Assembly: GCA_965200245.1 (NCBI GenBank)
Contig: CBDATS010000008.1
Coordinates: 333,183 to 397,182 of the forward strand
Direction: 5' to 3'
DNA: 64,000 nt
Source: a bacterium
GTDB taxonomy: Bacteria > UBA8248
Part shown: positions 1-10,725 of the stretch, piece by piece
Layout: each line of letters starts with the position of its first letter
Numbering within the stretch: the stretch's first letter is position 1
Made by a program: the position numbers and the translations under genes
Notes under the pieces: generated by a model
Seen by the model: the letters and a program-made list of their open reading frames with translations, nothing else
Told to the model about the DNA's origin: nothing
Databases searched by the model: none

Positions 1-2
1 TT

Positions 3-479
3 GTGGGAGCATACAAGCCGGTCGCTACTTTCATTGCCTGGGCGCGGCGTACAGGTTTCACCCCGATTTTCGCGACGATCTCTTTCGTGGGCGGCAACGC
101 GCTCGTGCGTGAACTTGGTCCCGCCGGCGTCGGCATCTATGTCACCCAGGTGGTTCCGCCCCCTTCATCGAAAGATATCCAGATAGCGTCGAACTATCGG
201 CGGGATCTGGAGGCCCACTCACCCGGCGCTGTTCCGAGTTTCGTGTCCTTCGAGGGCTATATGGCCGGTAGACTCGCCATCCGCGCCCTGGAATTGTGCG
301 GGCGCAACCCCGACCGCCCCTGCCTGCTCGATGGGTTGCGCCGCGCGGCCACCATCGATCTCGGCGGATTCAAGTTGCGTTACGGCAAGGACGACAACCA
401 GGGTTCGGACGCCGTTTTCCTCACCATCGTAGGGGAGAGCGGCCGCTACGTTCCGACCGATAAAATGTGGCGGCCCTAA
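3..479 (+). CDS. Periplasmic/ABC substrate-binding protein, LivJ-like (5' truncated by window edge)
   Basis: C-terminal motifs SFVG...VTQVVP, SFEGY.AG and DLGGF.L.YG..DNQGS..VFLT are typical of type I periplasmic binding proteins. Confidence 0.8.
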   Translation: MGAYKPVATFIAWARRTGFTPIFATISFVGGNALVRELGPAGVGIYVTQVVPPPSSKDIQIASNYRRDLEAHSPGAVPSFVSFEGYMAGRLAIRALELCGRNPDRPCLLDGLRRAATIDLGGFKLRYGKDDNQGSDAVFLTIVGESGRYVPTDKMWRP

Positions 480-490
480 AGATAAAGACA

Positions 491-2680
491 ATGAAGAGCG
501 TACTCAGGAATATTCTGGACAAGTGCTACAAGATATCGACGCAGCTCTACCTCAGCATCGGCATTGCTGCCTCCCTTACCGTCGTCGCGAGCGTGGTCGC
601 GTGGATTTCGTTCGCTTACGTGGGCAAGGTGCAAAATCGTGTGAATAAGGGCACCGTTCCTTTCCTGGCGAGCGCATTTGAAACGGCCCAGGCAAGCATC
701 GCCCTGGTGGCCGCAGCTCCTCGTTTGGCCTCGGTCGTGAACCCGGATAATCTAGAGCAAGTCGCCACCGAGGTCGCCAAGGATCAGGAAGCCTTCGAGA
801 CGGTGCTGGTGTCACTCATACGTCATGGAGATAACGAGGGTATCTCCATGGAAATCAAGAAACTGGGCGACACGCTGACCCAGAACCTCGGAGCTATCAA
901 GCAATTGGTGCTGGAGCGCTTCAATTTGACCGACCTGCGCGATACGCTCCAACTCCAACTCGCATGGGTGCGCAAGGAACTGACCAATGTCCTCATTCCC
1001 GCTATCGACGATCAACTTTTCTACGTGATGTCGGGCTACCATACAATCAGTGAAGCACCAGACCCCCATGAAAAGCATTTCGCCGAAGAGGGAATCAACC
1101 TCTACCGCTACATCGCTGGTCTGCGCTCGGACGCCACCGTTGCAGCGCAGCTTCTCTCCACTGTTTTCAGCGTGTCGGACGTCGCCCTGATCGAACCGCT
1201 GAGCGAGCGCTTCGAAGCTACTGCGCGCAGCATCAGGCGGCAACTGGACGCTCTCGGGGCGATGCCGGTGCGTGCCACTCTCAAACCTCTTTTCGAGCAG
1301 ATGATCGAGTTAAGCATCGGGGAGGAGGGGGGGATCAGCCTGCGCGCGCGCGAGTTGGCACTCGAGAGCAAACAAAAAGAGTTGCTTGCGTTCCACGAAT
1401 CTTTGGAGTTACAAATCCTGGCCACCACGAAAAAGCTGGTGAACACGGCCCGCAATAGCGCGCGGCAAGTCACCCAAGATTCCGCTCAGGCGATCAGCAT
1501 GGGCACCAATATCCTGTTCGCGCTGGGTGCCATCAGTTTTATCGGCGCCGTGCTGATAGGCTGGCTGTTCATCGGCCGTGTACTCTCGCGTCGGCTCGGG
1601 CAACTCTCGGACCGCATGCGTCGCATGGCCGACGGCGACCTGGAGGAGACGGTCGACATTGGCGGAAAGGACGAAGTGGCGGAGATGTCCGCGGCACTTG
1701 AGATCTTCCGTCGCCACGCCCTGGAGGTGCAGCGCCTGAACTTGGTGGAGAGACTTGCCGAGGAGATCAGGGCCAAGAACGAAGAACTCGAAGGCGCGCT
1801 CGGAGATCTGGAGAAAGCGCAGGATCAGATTGTCATGCGTGAGAAGCTTGCAGCGCTCGGTGAGTTGACGGCGGGCGTTGCCCACGAGATCAGGAATCCG
1901 CTGAACTTCATCAAGAATTTTTCGGAAGTTTCCGAGGAACTGATGGAGGAATTGTTGGAAGAACTGGATAAGGTGGCACATCACGAGGGCAACGGGCAGG
2001 AGAACGGACAAAAAGCGGACGAGGGGGAGAAAAAACAGGAGGAGGAAGACCCCTACGAGCTTATCACCGAAATCGGAGAGGACCTCACTGGCAACCTCAA
2101 GCGCATCCGCGAGCACGGAGAGCGGGCCAACAACATCGTGGAGAGCATGCTCCAGATGGGTAGGGGTTCGGGCGAAACGCAACCGGCCAACGTGAACAAA
2201 CTGATCGACGAGCATACGCGTCTTGCCTATCACAGTGCCAAGGCGGCGGACCCGAATTTCAACCTCACGATCGACTGGGACCTCGACCCCGACATGGTGG
2301 AATTCGACGTTATTCCGCAGGATCTGGGCCGCGTCTTCCTCAATATGGTGAGCAATGCTTGCTATGCCACCGACGAGAAGCGTCGGGAGCTCGCCGCCTC
2401 GCCGGACGGGAACAAGCCTCCCTACGATCCTATTCTCATGATTGTCACCAAGTGCAGGCCGAACGACGTTGAGGTTCGCATTCGTGACAACGGAAGCGGA
2501 ATGCCGCCCGAGGTCATCGAGAAGATTTTCACCCCCTTCTTCACGACCAAGCCGACGGACAAGGGCACCGGGCTCGGTCTATCGCTCTCCCACGACATCA
2601 TTCGCCAGCACGGGGGTAGCGTACGGGTCGAAACCGAGCCCAACGAATTCACGGAGATGATAATCGAACTGCCCCGTTGA
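491..2680 (+). CDS. Sensor histidine kinase (TorS-like periplasmic helical sensor, HAMP, HisKA, HATPase_c)
   Basis: Two TM segments; HAMP (GKDEVAEM); H-box AGVAHEIRNPLNF; N-box LNMVSNA; DNGSG; FTPFFTTK; GTGLGL. ATG 491 preferred over GTG 467. Confidence 0.9.
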   Translation: MKSVLRNILDKCYKISTQLYLSIGIAASLTVVASVVAWISFAYVGKVQNRVNKGTVPFLASAFETAQASIALVAAAPRLASVVNPDNLEQVATEVAKDQEAFETVLVSLIRHGDNEGISMEIKKLGDTLTQNLGAIKQLVLERFNLTDLRDTLQLQLAWVRKELTNVLIPAIDDQLFYVMSGYHTISEAPDPHEKHFAEEGINLYRYIAGLRSDATVAAQLLSTVFSVSDVALIEPLSERFEATARSIRRQLDALGAMPVRATLKPLFEQMIELSIGEEGGISLRARELALESKQKELLAFHESLELQILATTKKLVNTARNSARQVTQDSAQAISMGTNILFALGAISFIGAVLIGWLFIGRVLSRRLGQLSDRMRRMADGDLEETVDIGGKDEVAEMSAALEIFRRHALEVQRLNLVERLAEEIRAKNEELEGALGDLEKAQDQIVMREKLAALGELTAGVAHEIRNPLNFIKNFSEVSEELMEELLEELDKVAHHEGNGQENGQKADEGEKKQEEEDPYELITEIGEDLTGNLKRIREHGERANNIVESMLQMGRGSGETQPANVNKLIDEHTRLAYHSAKAADPNFNLTIDWDLDPDMVEFDVIPQDLGRVFLNMVSNACYATDEKRRELAASPDGNKPPYDPILMIVTKCRPNDVEVRIRDNGSGMPPEVIEKIFTPFFTTKPTDKGTGLGLSLSHDIIRQHGGSVRVETEPNEFTEMIIELPR

Positions 2681-2813
2681 TCCATTCGGGTTCACGAGTC
2701 AAAAAATATTCGAGAAGACTCCAGAAAATAGAGAAGGCTGCGACGCGTCCATCATGCTGTTGCACTGGCTTGAAGGCAGGTAAGATGGTTTTCGATCCCT
2801 GTCCTTTGGGTCG

Positions 2814-3152
2814 TCAGGAAGCGGTAGCGGCCAGTGCCTCCTCTTTCGAGCCGTGGAGTTGAATGATGCGGTCGAAACCGGATATTTCGAAAACCTCGCG
2901 AGTCAAATCTCCGAGGGAGAACAAGGCGAACTTCGTGTTGTTTTGACTCAGTTGCTTCGCAACCAAGAGAACAGCGCGGAGGCCAGCACTGCTGATATAC
3001 GAGACGCCCTCGAAATTGACGATGACGGCACGATCCTCTTCAACGATGGCGTTTTTTACCGTGCTCTCGAATTCAGGAGCGGTCGCACCGTCAATGCGAC
3101 CCTCGACTTGTACAACCAAGGTTCCGTTTTCCTGCTCAGTTTTGATTTCCAT
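2814..3152 (-). CDS. STAS-domain anti-sigma factor antagonist
   Basis: GRIDG, V.YISSAGLR (phosphorylatable Ser), EVFEISGF; start MEIKTEQ. Confidence 0.9.
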   Translation of the reverse strand: MEIKTEQENGTLVVQVEGRIDGATAPEFESTVKNAIVEEDRAVIVNFEGVSYISSAGLRAVLLVAKQLSQNNTKFALFSLGDLTREVFEISGFDRIIQLHGSKEEALAATAS

Positions 3153-3460
3153 ACTTGCCTTTGCCTCCCAGCAGCGTGAAATTTCCCAAGCCTTTACCCT
3201 ATGCCCGGATGGCACAATCAGTTAATGCCGAAAAATTGAGTATTGTCAACTATCAATTTCACATAAACACAAGGCTATTCTCTGTATGTTTCAAGAAAAG
3301 CTTCCAAAAGCATATAGAATTTCTCATTGTTTGGCAACTCAAGATATCTTCGAAAATCAAATTTTCCGAGGGTGTATCCAGGGCAGGGGGGTGCGTCAGG
3401 GCAAGGCCATTACCGAAGGATCGCCCGCAGGAAACGCCGACACGATCGCTGATGGCCTCT

Positions 3461-4516
3461 TCACAAGAGCGTCTCTTGTTTCCTGGACATCACCAGGGCC
3501 GCACGGCCGGTGACGAGTCCCTCTCTCAGGCGTTCATGTGCGAGATTCGCTTCCTCGAGCGGGTATATCTCGCTGACAAGCGGCCAGACATCGCCACGCG
3601 CCACGAGTTCGAGCGAGTCGACGACCTCTTGCCTTGTAGCGTAGCGGCTGCCCATGATCTGCTGCTCCTCGCGGAGAAACTCGCGCGGGGAGAAGGGAAA
3701 CCGCTCTATTTGGTTCGCTCCCATGGCGAGGAAACGTCCCCCCTTGCCGAGGCCGCGCAGGCCGCCCACGACCCCTTCTGCGGTGCAGACGAAATCAACG
3801 ATTACGTCCACCCCCGCGCCCCCGGTCAAATCCCTGAGCGCCTCCTCGAGATTTTCTTTCGACGTGTCCACCGTGTCGTGCGCGCCCATGTCGCGGCATT
3901 TGCCCAGCTTCTCGCTCGCGATGTCCACGGCGATAACGCGGGCGCCCGCCCAGCGGACCATCATTACCATGTGGATTCCCACGCCGCCTCCCGCGCCCAC
4001 TACGGCCACGTTCTCCATCGGGCGCACGTCCGCATGACGGAGGACCTTGTAGGGTGTGGCCACGGCGTCGGAGATGACGCCTACCTCGGCGGGATGCGCC
4101 TGGTAGTCCAGCCCCTCGGGCAGGGGGATGAAGTTCCTGGCCGGCAGTTTGATATAATTGGCGTAGCCGCCGTCTATCTGGCGGCCAACTTGGCCGACGA
4201 GGTTCTCGCACAAGGTCTCGCGGTTCACGCGGCACCAGCGACAGCGCCCGCAAGTGAGGTAATAATACGCCGTCACGGCGTCACCTTCCCCGAGCTCTTT
4301 TACTCCTGTACCCACTTGGGTGATTTCTGCGGTGATCTCATGACCGATCACGAGCGGGAAATTCCCGCCCATATTCCCTGCCCGCGTGTGCTCGATCGTA
4401 AGCCCCGCGCCGCAGGCCAGCACCCGGGCCACGGCTTCGCCCGGCCCCGCCTCAGGGATGGGCCGTTCCTCCGGAACGAAGGATGCGCCCGGTTCCGTCA
4501 ATACCATCGCCTTCAT
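3461..4516 (-). CDS. Zn-dependent alcohol dehydrogenase (MDR family)
   Basis: GHE motif, structural Zn CGRCRWC...C, nucleotide-binding GAGGGVG. Confidence 0.9.
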   Translation of the reverse strand: MKAMVLTEPGASFVPEERPIPEAGPGEAVARVLACGAGLTIEHTRAGNMGGNFPLVIGHEITAEITQVGTGVKELGEGDAVTAYYYLTCGRCRWCRVNRETLCENLVGQVGRQIDGGYANYIKLPARNFIPLPEGLDYQAHPAEVGVISDAVATPYKVLRHADVRPMENVAVVGAGGGVGIHMVMMVRWAGARVIAVDIASEKLGKCRDMGAHDTVDTSKENLEEALRDLTGGAGVDVIVDFVCTAEGVVGGLRGLGKGGRFLAMGANQIERFPFSPREFLREEQQIMGSRYATRQEVVDSLELVARGDVWPLVSEIYPLEEANLAHERLREGLVTGRAALVMSRKQETLL

Positions 4517-4614
4517 GTCGTCTCCTGCTATGGGACCAAGTTATCTGCAGTATAAGACCTCGTACCCCTGCGAGATAACGCGCGGGGGAAAATTCGCCGG
4601 ATTCTCGGATTTCG

Positions 4615-5604
4615 TTAGTCGATTCGTATCTCTTCCGCCCATTCGTGGTTGGCCACGTACCATTCCACCAGATGCGCGAGCCCCTCTGCAAGACTCACCC
4701 GGGGTCGCCAGCCCAGAAGTCTCTCCGCCTTCTCGATGTTCGCCCACGTGGTCTTGACGTCGGCGGGGTTCGTCTCTTCATGGTGGATGCAGGCTTTTTT
4801 CCCGACAAGGGTTTCGATACGGACGATAGCGTCGTTCAGGGCGACGGGCCCGTCCGACCCCAGATTGATGATCTCGTAAGAGAGCGGTTTGATGGCCGCT
4901 ATCGTGCCCCTTGCGATGTCGTCCACGTAGGTAAAATCGCGTGATTGCGTTCCGTCTCCATAGACGAGCGCGGGTTTCCCCTCGGCTATCCACTGCGTGA
5001 AGCGGAAGAGACTCATGTCGGGTCGTCCTGCCGGGCCGTAGACGGTGAAATAGCGAAGCACCGTCACGTCGATATCGAACAGATGGTGATAGGTGTGGCA
5101 AAGTGTCTCGGCCGCTTTCTTGGAAGCTGCGTAGGGCGATAGCGGCCTGTCGCTCGGGGCGTCTTCACGAAAAGGCGCGGGTGTGTCTGCCCCGTAAGCG
5201 CTCGAGGTGGAAGCAAGCACGAACTTGGTGATGCCGGAATCCCTGCACAACTCAAGCAGGTTCAGTGTGCCGGTTACGTTCGTTTCGAAATACGCCCGGG
5301 GATCCTCGATGGATTGGCGTACCCCCGCTCGAGCGGCCAGGTTCAGGACAGCGTCAAAAGGCGGCGCGGCGCCCTTGATTTCCGCAAACAAGGCGCGCAG
5401 GGGTTCGATGCGGCTCACGTCCAGATGGTGGAACAAGAAGCACGGGCGTTCTTCCAGACGCTTGAGACGGTAGTGTTTGAAGCGAACGTCGTAGGCGTCG
5501 TTCATGTTGTCGATCCCCACAACGGTGTGGCCTTTATCCAGCAGGAACTCGCACACCTTCGAGGCGATGAAGCCTGCGGCACCTGTGACGAGGTATCTGG
5601 CCAA
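4615..5604 (-). CDS. NAD-dependent epimerase/dehydratase (UDP-glucuronate 4-epimerase-like)
   Basis: TGAAGFIA, LAARAGVR, YAASK, LRYFTVYGP.GRPDM. Confidence 0.9.
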   Translation of the reverse strand: MARYLVTGAAGFIASKVCEFLLDKGHTVVGIDNMNDAYDVRFKHYRLKRLEERPCFLFHHLDVSRIEPLRALFAEIKGAAPPFDAVLNLAARAGVRQSIEDPRAYFETNVTGTLNLLELCRDSGITKFVLASTSSAYGADTPAPFREDAPSDRPLSPYAASKKAAETLCHTYHHLFDIDVTVLRYFTVYGPAGRPDMSLFRFTQWIAEGKPALVYGDGTQSRDFTYVDDIARGTIAAIKPLSYEIINLGSDGPVALNDAIVRIETLVGKKACIHHEETNPADVKTTWANIEKAERLLGWRPRVSLAEGLAHLVEWYVANHEWAEEIRID

Positions 5605-5822
5605 AATGGGTTTCTCCTCACAACTGACTCGTTGGTGGTAGAGTAAGGCTATCAGGGGTCGGCGGTTGTGGCAAAACGGGCGAGGGGACTGCGCGGCATA
5701 TCGGTACCGTCGTTTTTTATTTCAGCATAACTCGGCCCGTGGTTGAAATCCGCGCTACGATCCGTGATGGTTGGCTTTCCGCGGGAGCGGTGCATTTTAG
5801 GTTTTGGGGATTGGGGTTTTAG

Positions 5823-6752
5823 ATGGCGAACGTGGTGGTAACCGGAGGTGCAGGTTTCATCGGCTCACATGTAGCGGAAGCCTGCCTGGAAGCGGGCGAT
5901 TCCGTCTGGGTGGCGGATAATCTGACCTCGGGTCTGGTGGAGGATGTTGCACCGGGCGCGGTTTTTTGCGAGGGCGATGTGGCCGATGTTTCGTTCATGC
6001 GCCGCGTGGTGGAAGAGGCGCAACCAGGTGTCATCCACCACCTGGCGGCCCAGTCGAGCGTGACGAACAGCCTGGCCGATCCGTTGTGCGACGCGCGTGC
6101 GAATATCCTGGGCACATTGAGCATTCACGAAGCGGCCAGGAACATGGATGTGGTGCCCCGGGTCGTCTACGCCGCCACGGGTGGGGCGTGTTACGGGGAT
6201 CCCGAAGAGGAGATTGTGGATGAGAGCCACCCCCTCGCCCCCGTATCCCACTACGGGATGAGCAAGGTGGCTGGCGAGCGGTATCTCGCATTTTACGGGG
6301 AGCATTTCGGGCTTCCTGTCGTCTCGCTGCGCCTCGCCAACGTCTATGGTCCAAGGCAGCGCCCAACGCTTGATGCGGGTGTGGTATCGATTTTCGCAGA
6401 AAAACTGGATAAAGGTGAACCCCTCACCCTCTATGGACACGGACGTGCAGGACGGGACTACGTCTACGTGGAGGACGTGGCGGCAGCGTTCTTGAGGGCG
6501 GCGCAGGGTGGCGTGGACGGCGGGGCCTACAACATCGGTACGGGCGTTGTCACCGATGTGGAGGCGCTGCTCGACATCCTCTGCCGCCTCATGGGGAAAA
6601 CGCCCGTGAGTGTGAAGCGTGCGCCCCTGCGTCCGAGTGAGGTGTTCAGAATAGGCCTCGACGCGAGTGCGTTCGAACGAGGGACTGGCTGGCGGCCCCG
6701 CTGCACGCTCGAGGAGGGGGTTGGCGCTTTCCTGGAATCGCTGGAGGCTTAA
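5823..6752 (+). CDS. NAD-dependent epimerase/dehydratase (GalE-like)
   Basis: TGGAGFIGSH, HLAAQ, YGMSK, LRLANVYGPRQ. Confidence 0.88.
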   Translation: MANVVVTGGAGFIGSHVAEACLEAGDSVWVADNLTSGLVEDVAPGAVFCEGDVADVSFMRRVVEEAQPGVIHHLAAQSSVTNSLADPLCDARANILGTLSIHEAARNMDVVPRVVYAATGGACYGDPEEEIVDESHPLAPVSHYGMSKVAGERYLAFYGEHFGLPVVSLRLANVYGPRQRPTLDAGVVSIFAEKLDKGEPLTLYGHGRAGRDYVYVEDVAAAFLRAAQGGVDGGAYNIGTGVVTDVEALLDILCRLMGKTPVSVKRAPLRPSEVFRIGLDASAFERGTGWRPRCTLEEGVGAFLESLEA

Positions 6753-7174
6753 GACGGCAGGCGGCCGTATACGCGTTCGGGCGTCACCAGCACGGCGACC
6801 GCACCTTGGTCCATCATCGCTTGATCGTATTCGTCCCAGTCGGGGTGGTCCGAATCCCCGCAGGCGCGGTATACCTCGCGGAACATCACGCGCATCTCCC
6901 CTTTTTCGGTGTTCCCGTAGTCGAAAAGTCTGGCTTTTCCTTCCACGCTCACCCAGGTGCGCCAGTCGGGGGTGACGTAGACCACCGTACACTGGGGATT
7001 CGCGCGCAGGTTCTTGAGCTTCACTGACCAGCCGCGAACGATGACGAATGCGGCGCAATTCTCATATGCCCCGCACACGATGATGCTCGATTGTGCCGTG
7101 CCGTCCGGCCTTAAGCTCGTAACCATGCCCTTGTGGTTTTTTTCCATAAACAGCCTTGCATCTTCGAAGTTCAT
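6749..7174 (-). CDS. PPOX-class (split-barrel) putative F420-dependent oxidoreductase
   Basis: T.RPDG.AQ.S, K.KNLRANP, W..VEG.A and HPDWDEY..AM match the PPOX F420 family; start MNFEDAR. Confidence 0.8.
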   Translation of the reverse strand: MNFEDARLFMEKNHKGMVTSLRPDGTAQSSIIVCGAYENCAAFVIVRGWSVKLKNLRANPQCTVVYVTPDWRTWVSVEGKARLFDYGNTEKGEMRVMFREVYRACGDSDHPDWDEYDQAMMDQGAVAVLVTPERVYGRLPS

Positions 7175-7261
7175 GAGATACCTCGCTTGGAATGTGAGAG
7201 AAACGAATTTTCGCCATTGTAGCAAAACTCGACCGGAAACGACTTCATAAGGAGAGCCCCT

Positions 7262-7789
7262 GTGAACCGACTCGCGTCGCTTGAACCCGAGAACATGCCA
7301 TCCAGACAACGTGATGCCTATGAGGAACTTATTGCCAACCAGCGCGGCGGCGTGCGTGGACCTTTTGGGGTATGGGTGAGAAGCCCCGGCCTCGTCATCG
7401 CCCTTCGCGGGCTGATGAAGTTTTATTACGAAGAAAGCGTCATCACGGAAGACATACGCGAGCTCGCCATCATTATCACCACGCGTCATTTTGGGGCGAC
7501 CTACGCCTTCTCCGCTCACGAGGCACAGGCATTGGACAGCGGACTGACGCCCGCTCTCGTGGCAGCCGTGATGGCGCAGGAAACACCCACGGAGGGCACG
7601 TTACTTGAGCTTTGCGTGTACCGGTATTGCAAGGAATTACTCGATACGAAGAAGGCATCCGACGATGTCTACCGGGAGGCGTTTGCCCTTCTCGGGGAAA
7701 AGGGCGTTGTCGAACTCACCGCTCTCGTGGGCTTTTATTCGGCCATCTCCCTGACTTTGAACGCTTTTGAAATTCCGCCGGTGACGTGA
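7262..7789 (+). CDS. Carboxymuconolactone decarboxylase/AhpD-like protein
   Basis: GPF..W..SP, RELAI..T, H...A, GVVEL..LVG.Y; RBS AAGGAG before GTG. Confidence 0.85.
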   Translation: MNRLASLEPENMPSRQRDAYEELIANQRGGVRGPFGVWVRSPGLVIALRGLMKFYYEESVITEDIRELAIIITTRHFGATYAFSAHEAQALDSGLTPALVAAVMAQETPTEGTLLELCVYRYCKELLDTKKASDDVYREAFALLGEKGVVELTALVGFYSAISLTLNAFEIPPVT

Positions 7790-7832
7790 GTGGGGAGATT
7801 CGCTACGCCAGCGTTTGTTCTCCTGGTCTCCC

Positions 7833-9356
7833 TTACTCAGGCACCCGGCCACTGCGCTGGGTCATGCCCAGTAGTCTCTCCTGGATTTTCTCGTTCCATG
7901 CGCCAGCCCGCATGCGCCAGATCCAGTTGCCTCGCGGGACGCCGGGGCGATTCATACGCCCCTCGTTGCCGAGCCCCAATACGTCCTGGCCGGGGATAAT
8001 GGCGAGAGCGGCTTGTGATTTCATCGCCGCGCGGATCATCGACCAGTGGATGTCCTCGGGTTCACCGCCGAAGGTCCTGAGTGCCGTGGCACGCGAGATG
8101 GCGAAGCCAGCAGGAGTTTCGTTGTGTAGAATCGGATCCGCGCCGTGAAACCAGCCTTGGGCGGTGTCGTTGTCGTGTGTGCCGGTGTAGACCACCGCGT
8201 TCTCGGGGATGTTGTGGGGCAGGTGGGGGTTATCCGGGCTGCCGTCAAAAGCGAACTGCAGAACGTGCATGCTGGGCAGACCAAATCGATCTCTGAGGTC
8301 GTGAACGTCGTCTCCCACCGAACCCAGGTCTTCTGCGATGAGCGGCAGATAGCCCAATTCCTCTTCCAGGGCGCTGAAAAAGGCCTCCCCCGGTCCCTCG
8401 CGCCAAGTCCCGTCTTTGGGTGATTCCGCATCGGCCGGAATTGTCCAGAATCGCGCGAAGCCGATGAAGTGATCGAGACGCAAAACGTCGAAACGGGCGA
8501 TGTTCACGGCGAGGCGCATCTTCCACCAGGCGAAATTCTCCTCGCGGTGCGCGGCCCAGTCGTAGAGGGGATTCCCCCAGTGCTGGCCCTCCTCGTTGAA
8601 GTAATCGGGCGGCGCGCCCGCATAGGCGGTCGGCCAGCGTGATTCGTCAAGTTCGAACAGGTGTGTCTGCGCCCATACATCCGCCGAATCATGGGCGACG
8701 TAGATGGGGATGTCGCCGATGAAACCGACCCCTTTGTTTGCGGCATGTTCCTTGAGGTCACGCCACTGACGGTCGAAAAGAAACTGCTCGAAATGTGTGT
8801 AGCGGATGTTTTTTTCGAACCCGGAGGTATCGGGACAGCGTTCCCTGGCGTCCCTGGGCCAATCCCACCAAGGGGAACCGCCGAAAGCGCGTTTGAGTGC
8901 CTGGAACCTTGCGTAATCGGTCAGCCAGCCGCCCTGGACTTCGCAAAATCCGGAATACGCCGCGTCATTCGTTCCGCCGCCGTTCGAGAATGCCTCGAAA
9001 GCCTGGGACAGTAGAGATTCATGTGTTTCGAGTGCCTGGGCCAGTCCTGTTTCCCCTTCGGCGGGGCGGTGGGTTTTCAGGGCTTTCGCGGAGAGAAGGC
9101 CATCTACCACGAGTCTTTCGAGAGATATCAGCAGCGGGTTTCCCGCAAAAGTGGATGAGGAAACGTAGGGAGAACCCATCTCGTCGGTGGGGCATACAGG
9201 CAGCATCTGCCACCAACTCTGGCCGGAGGATGCGAGCAGATCGACGAATTCGAAAGCTGTGGGTCCCAAGTCGCCGAAACCCGCTCCGTTTGGCAGCGAG
9301 GTGGGGTGGAGCAAGATACCGCTCCTTCTGGCGTGAAGCGGATTCTCAAGGCTCAT
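7833..9356 (-). CDS. malQ: 4-alpha-glucanotransferase (amylomaltase, GH77)
   Basis: SGILLHPTSLP, GDIPIYV, PPDYF...GQ.WGNP, RLDHFIGF, AEDLG, YTGTHDNDT; start uncertain (ORF open to 9440). Confidence 0.95.
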   Translation of the reverse strand: MSLENPLHARRSGILLHPTSLPNGAGFGDLGPTAFEFVDLLASSGQSWWQMLPVCPTDEMGSPYVSSSTFAGNPLLISLERLVVDGLLSAKALKTHRPAEGETGLAQALETHESLLSQAFEAFSNGGGTNDAAYSGFCEVQGGWLTDYARFQALKRAFGGSPWWDWPRDARERCPDTSGFEKNIRYTHFEQFLFDRQWRDLKEHAANKGVGFIGDIPIYVAHDSADVWAQTHLFELDESRWPTAYAGAPPDYFNEEGQHWGNPLYDWAAHREENFAWWKMRLAVNIARFDVLRLDHFIGFARFWTIPADAESPKDGTWREGPGEAFFSALEEELGYLPLIAEDLGSVGDDVHDLRDRFGLPSMHVLQFAFDGSPDNPHLPHNIPENAVVYTGTHDNDTAQGWFHGADPILHNETPAGFAISRATALRTFGGEPEDIHWSMIRAAMKSQAALAIIPGQDVLGLGNEGRMNRPGVPRGNWIWRMRAGAWNEKIQERLLGMTQRSGRVPE

Positions 9357-9477
9357 TTTCTGCCCGTTCACATGAAAAGGTTTGGTTGCGCTTTCGATAC
9401 CTCCCGTGACGGCTTCGCCGCCTGCATGATCATATCGCATGGACGCGACGCTTGTTCAAGCCCCGGAAGGTTTTGGC

Positions 9478-10578
9478 CTAGTGCCCCTCTCCCAGGGGGA
9501 GCTTCACGGTCTCGCCGGTGCGGGCCGATTCCTCCATGGCGATGGTCACTTCCAGAGTCTGGCGCGCGTCCTCCGCCGTGGCGAGGTGGCAGGGTCGCCC
9601 CGTTGCGAGGTGATCCAGCCAATTCCTGGTCTCGTCGCCTATGGGGCCGTACATGGTGTCGAGCGCCCAGTCGCCAGACGACGTGCTGCCAAGAAAGACC
9701 ATTGGCAGGTGGTGGTCAGGCACATATGCGTGAGGATAGCCCTTTTCGGTGTAGAGGATGTTCTCCTTGTGGTCTTCGTCGAAGAGCATCACACCTTCGG
9801 TGCCGATGACTTCCAGGCGAATGCTCTGCCCCGCCGTGGGGTATTTTGCGGGAAGGGCGTAGCAGATGCCGAGGTTCACACTCGCACCGTCGGCGAAGGT
9901 GATGATCGACCAACTCACGTCGTCCACCTTGGGATAGCCCGCCTCTCTGAAGACGAAGCCACCGCCCCGGCACACGACCTCGACAGGCGGGTTTCCCTCC
10001 ATGAACCAGCACATCATGTCGACCCAATAGGTGAGCACGTCGAGGACGGGAGTGGCGTCGGCGGAGCGCTTGAGTATCTCGAAAGCCTGTGCCCTGGTGT
10101 TGAACACGCGGCCCGTAGCGCCGATGATTTTTCCCAGGCGGTCTTCCCTGATTTGTTCTTTCCCCAGAAAATAGCGCCGCTTGTAGCGCATGATGTAGCC
10201 CACGCGGAGATCCGTCTTGTATTTCTCTGCTACGCTCAAGAGCCTGTCGGCATCCTCCAATGTCATGGCGATGGGTTTTTCCACGGGCACGGACTTTCCG
10301 AGTTCCAGCGCCTGAATCACCGGCTCCACGTGCGCGTATTCCGAAGTCGAGACGATGACGGCACTCACATCGGGATGGGAAATAATCTCCTCATTGTTAC
10401 CCGAAGTCACCTGCGCGCCGACACGGGTACCCAGGGCTTTCGCCAGTTCAGGCTCGGCGTCAGAAATCGCCAGAAAGCGAACGGCGGGGTGCTGCGCGGC
10501 GAGACGCGAGCGGTGCGTTCCAATGCGTCCGGCACCCACGACGGCGACGCCGAGTTCCTTCCTCTCGAAAAGCGCCAA
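9478..10578 (-). CDS. Gfo/Idh/MocA family oxidoreductase
   Basis: VVGAGRIG, EKP motif; GGAGG RBS before TTG. Confidence 0.9.
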   Translation of the reverse strand: MALFERKELGVAVVGAGRIGTHRSRLAAQHPAVRFLAISDAEPELAKALGTRVGAQVTSGNNEEIISHPDVSAVIVSTSEYAHVEPVIQALELGKSVPVEKPIAMTLEDADRLLSVAEKYKTDLRVGYIMRYKRRYFLGKEQIREDRLGKIIGATGRVFNTRAQAFEILKRSADATPVLDVLTYWVDMMCWFMEGNPPVEVVCRGGGFVFREAGYPKVDDVSWSIITFADGASVNLGICYALPAKYPTAGQSIRLEVIGTEGVMLFDEDHKENILYTEKGYPHAYVPDHHLPMVFLGSTSSGDWALDTMYGPIGDETRNWLDHLATGRPCHLATAEDARQTLEVTIAMEESARTGETVKLPLGEGH

Positions 10579-10725
10579 GACGATCCTCCGGAGTGAAGTG
10601 CAATGGAAAAGACGTGGACATTCTACGTCGCGCGTCTCTCGCCTTCAATCAGAAAGCAGGAGACGCGGTCTCGACCCCAGATTGCTGGTGGTTACTGCGT
10701 GCTGCCGGAATCGGGAGCGCGCATC

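Noticed and set aside
3155-4555. Long antisense ORFs (also 5865-7058, 9439-10596, 17101-18318, 48128-49540 and others)
   Set aside because: Shadow frames of well-supported opposite-strand genes in GC-rich DNA, with no family motifs
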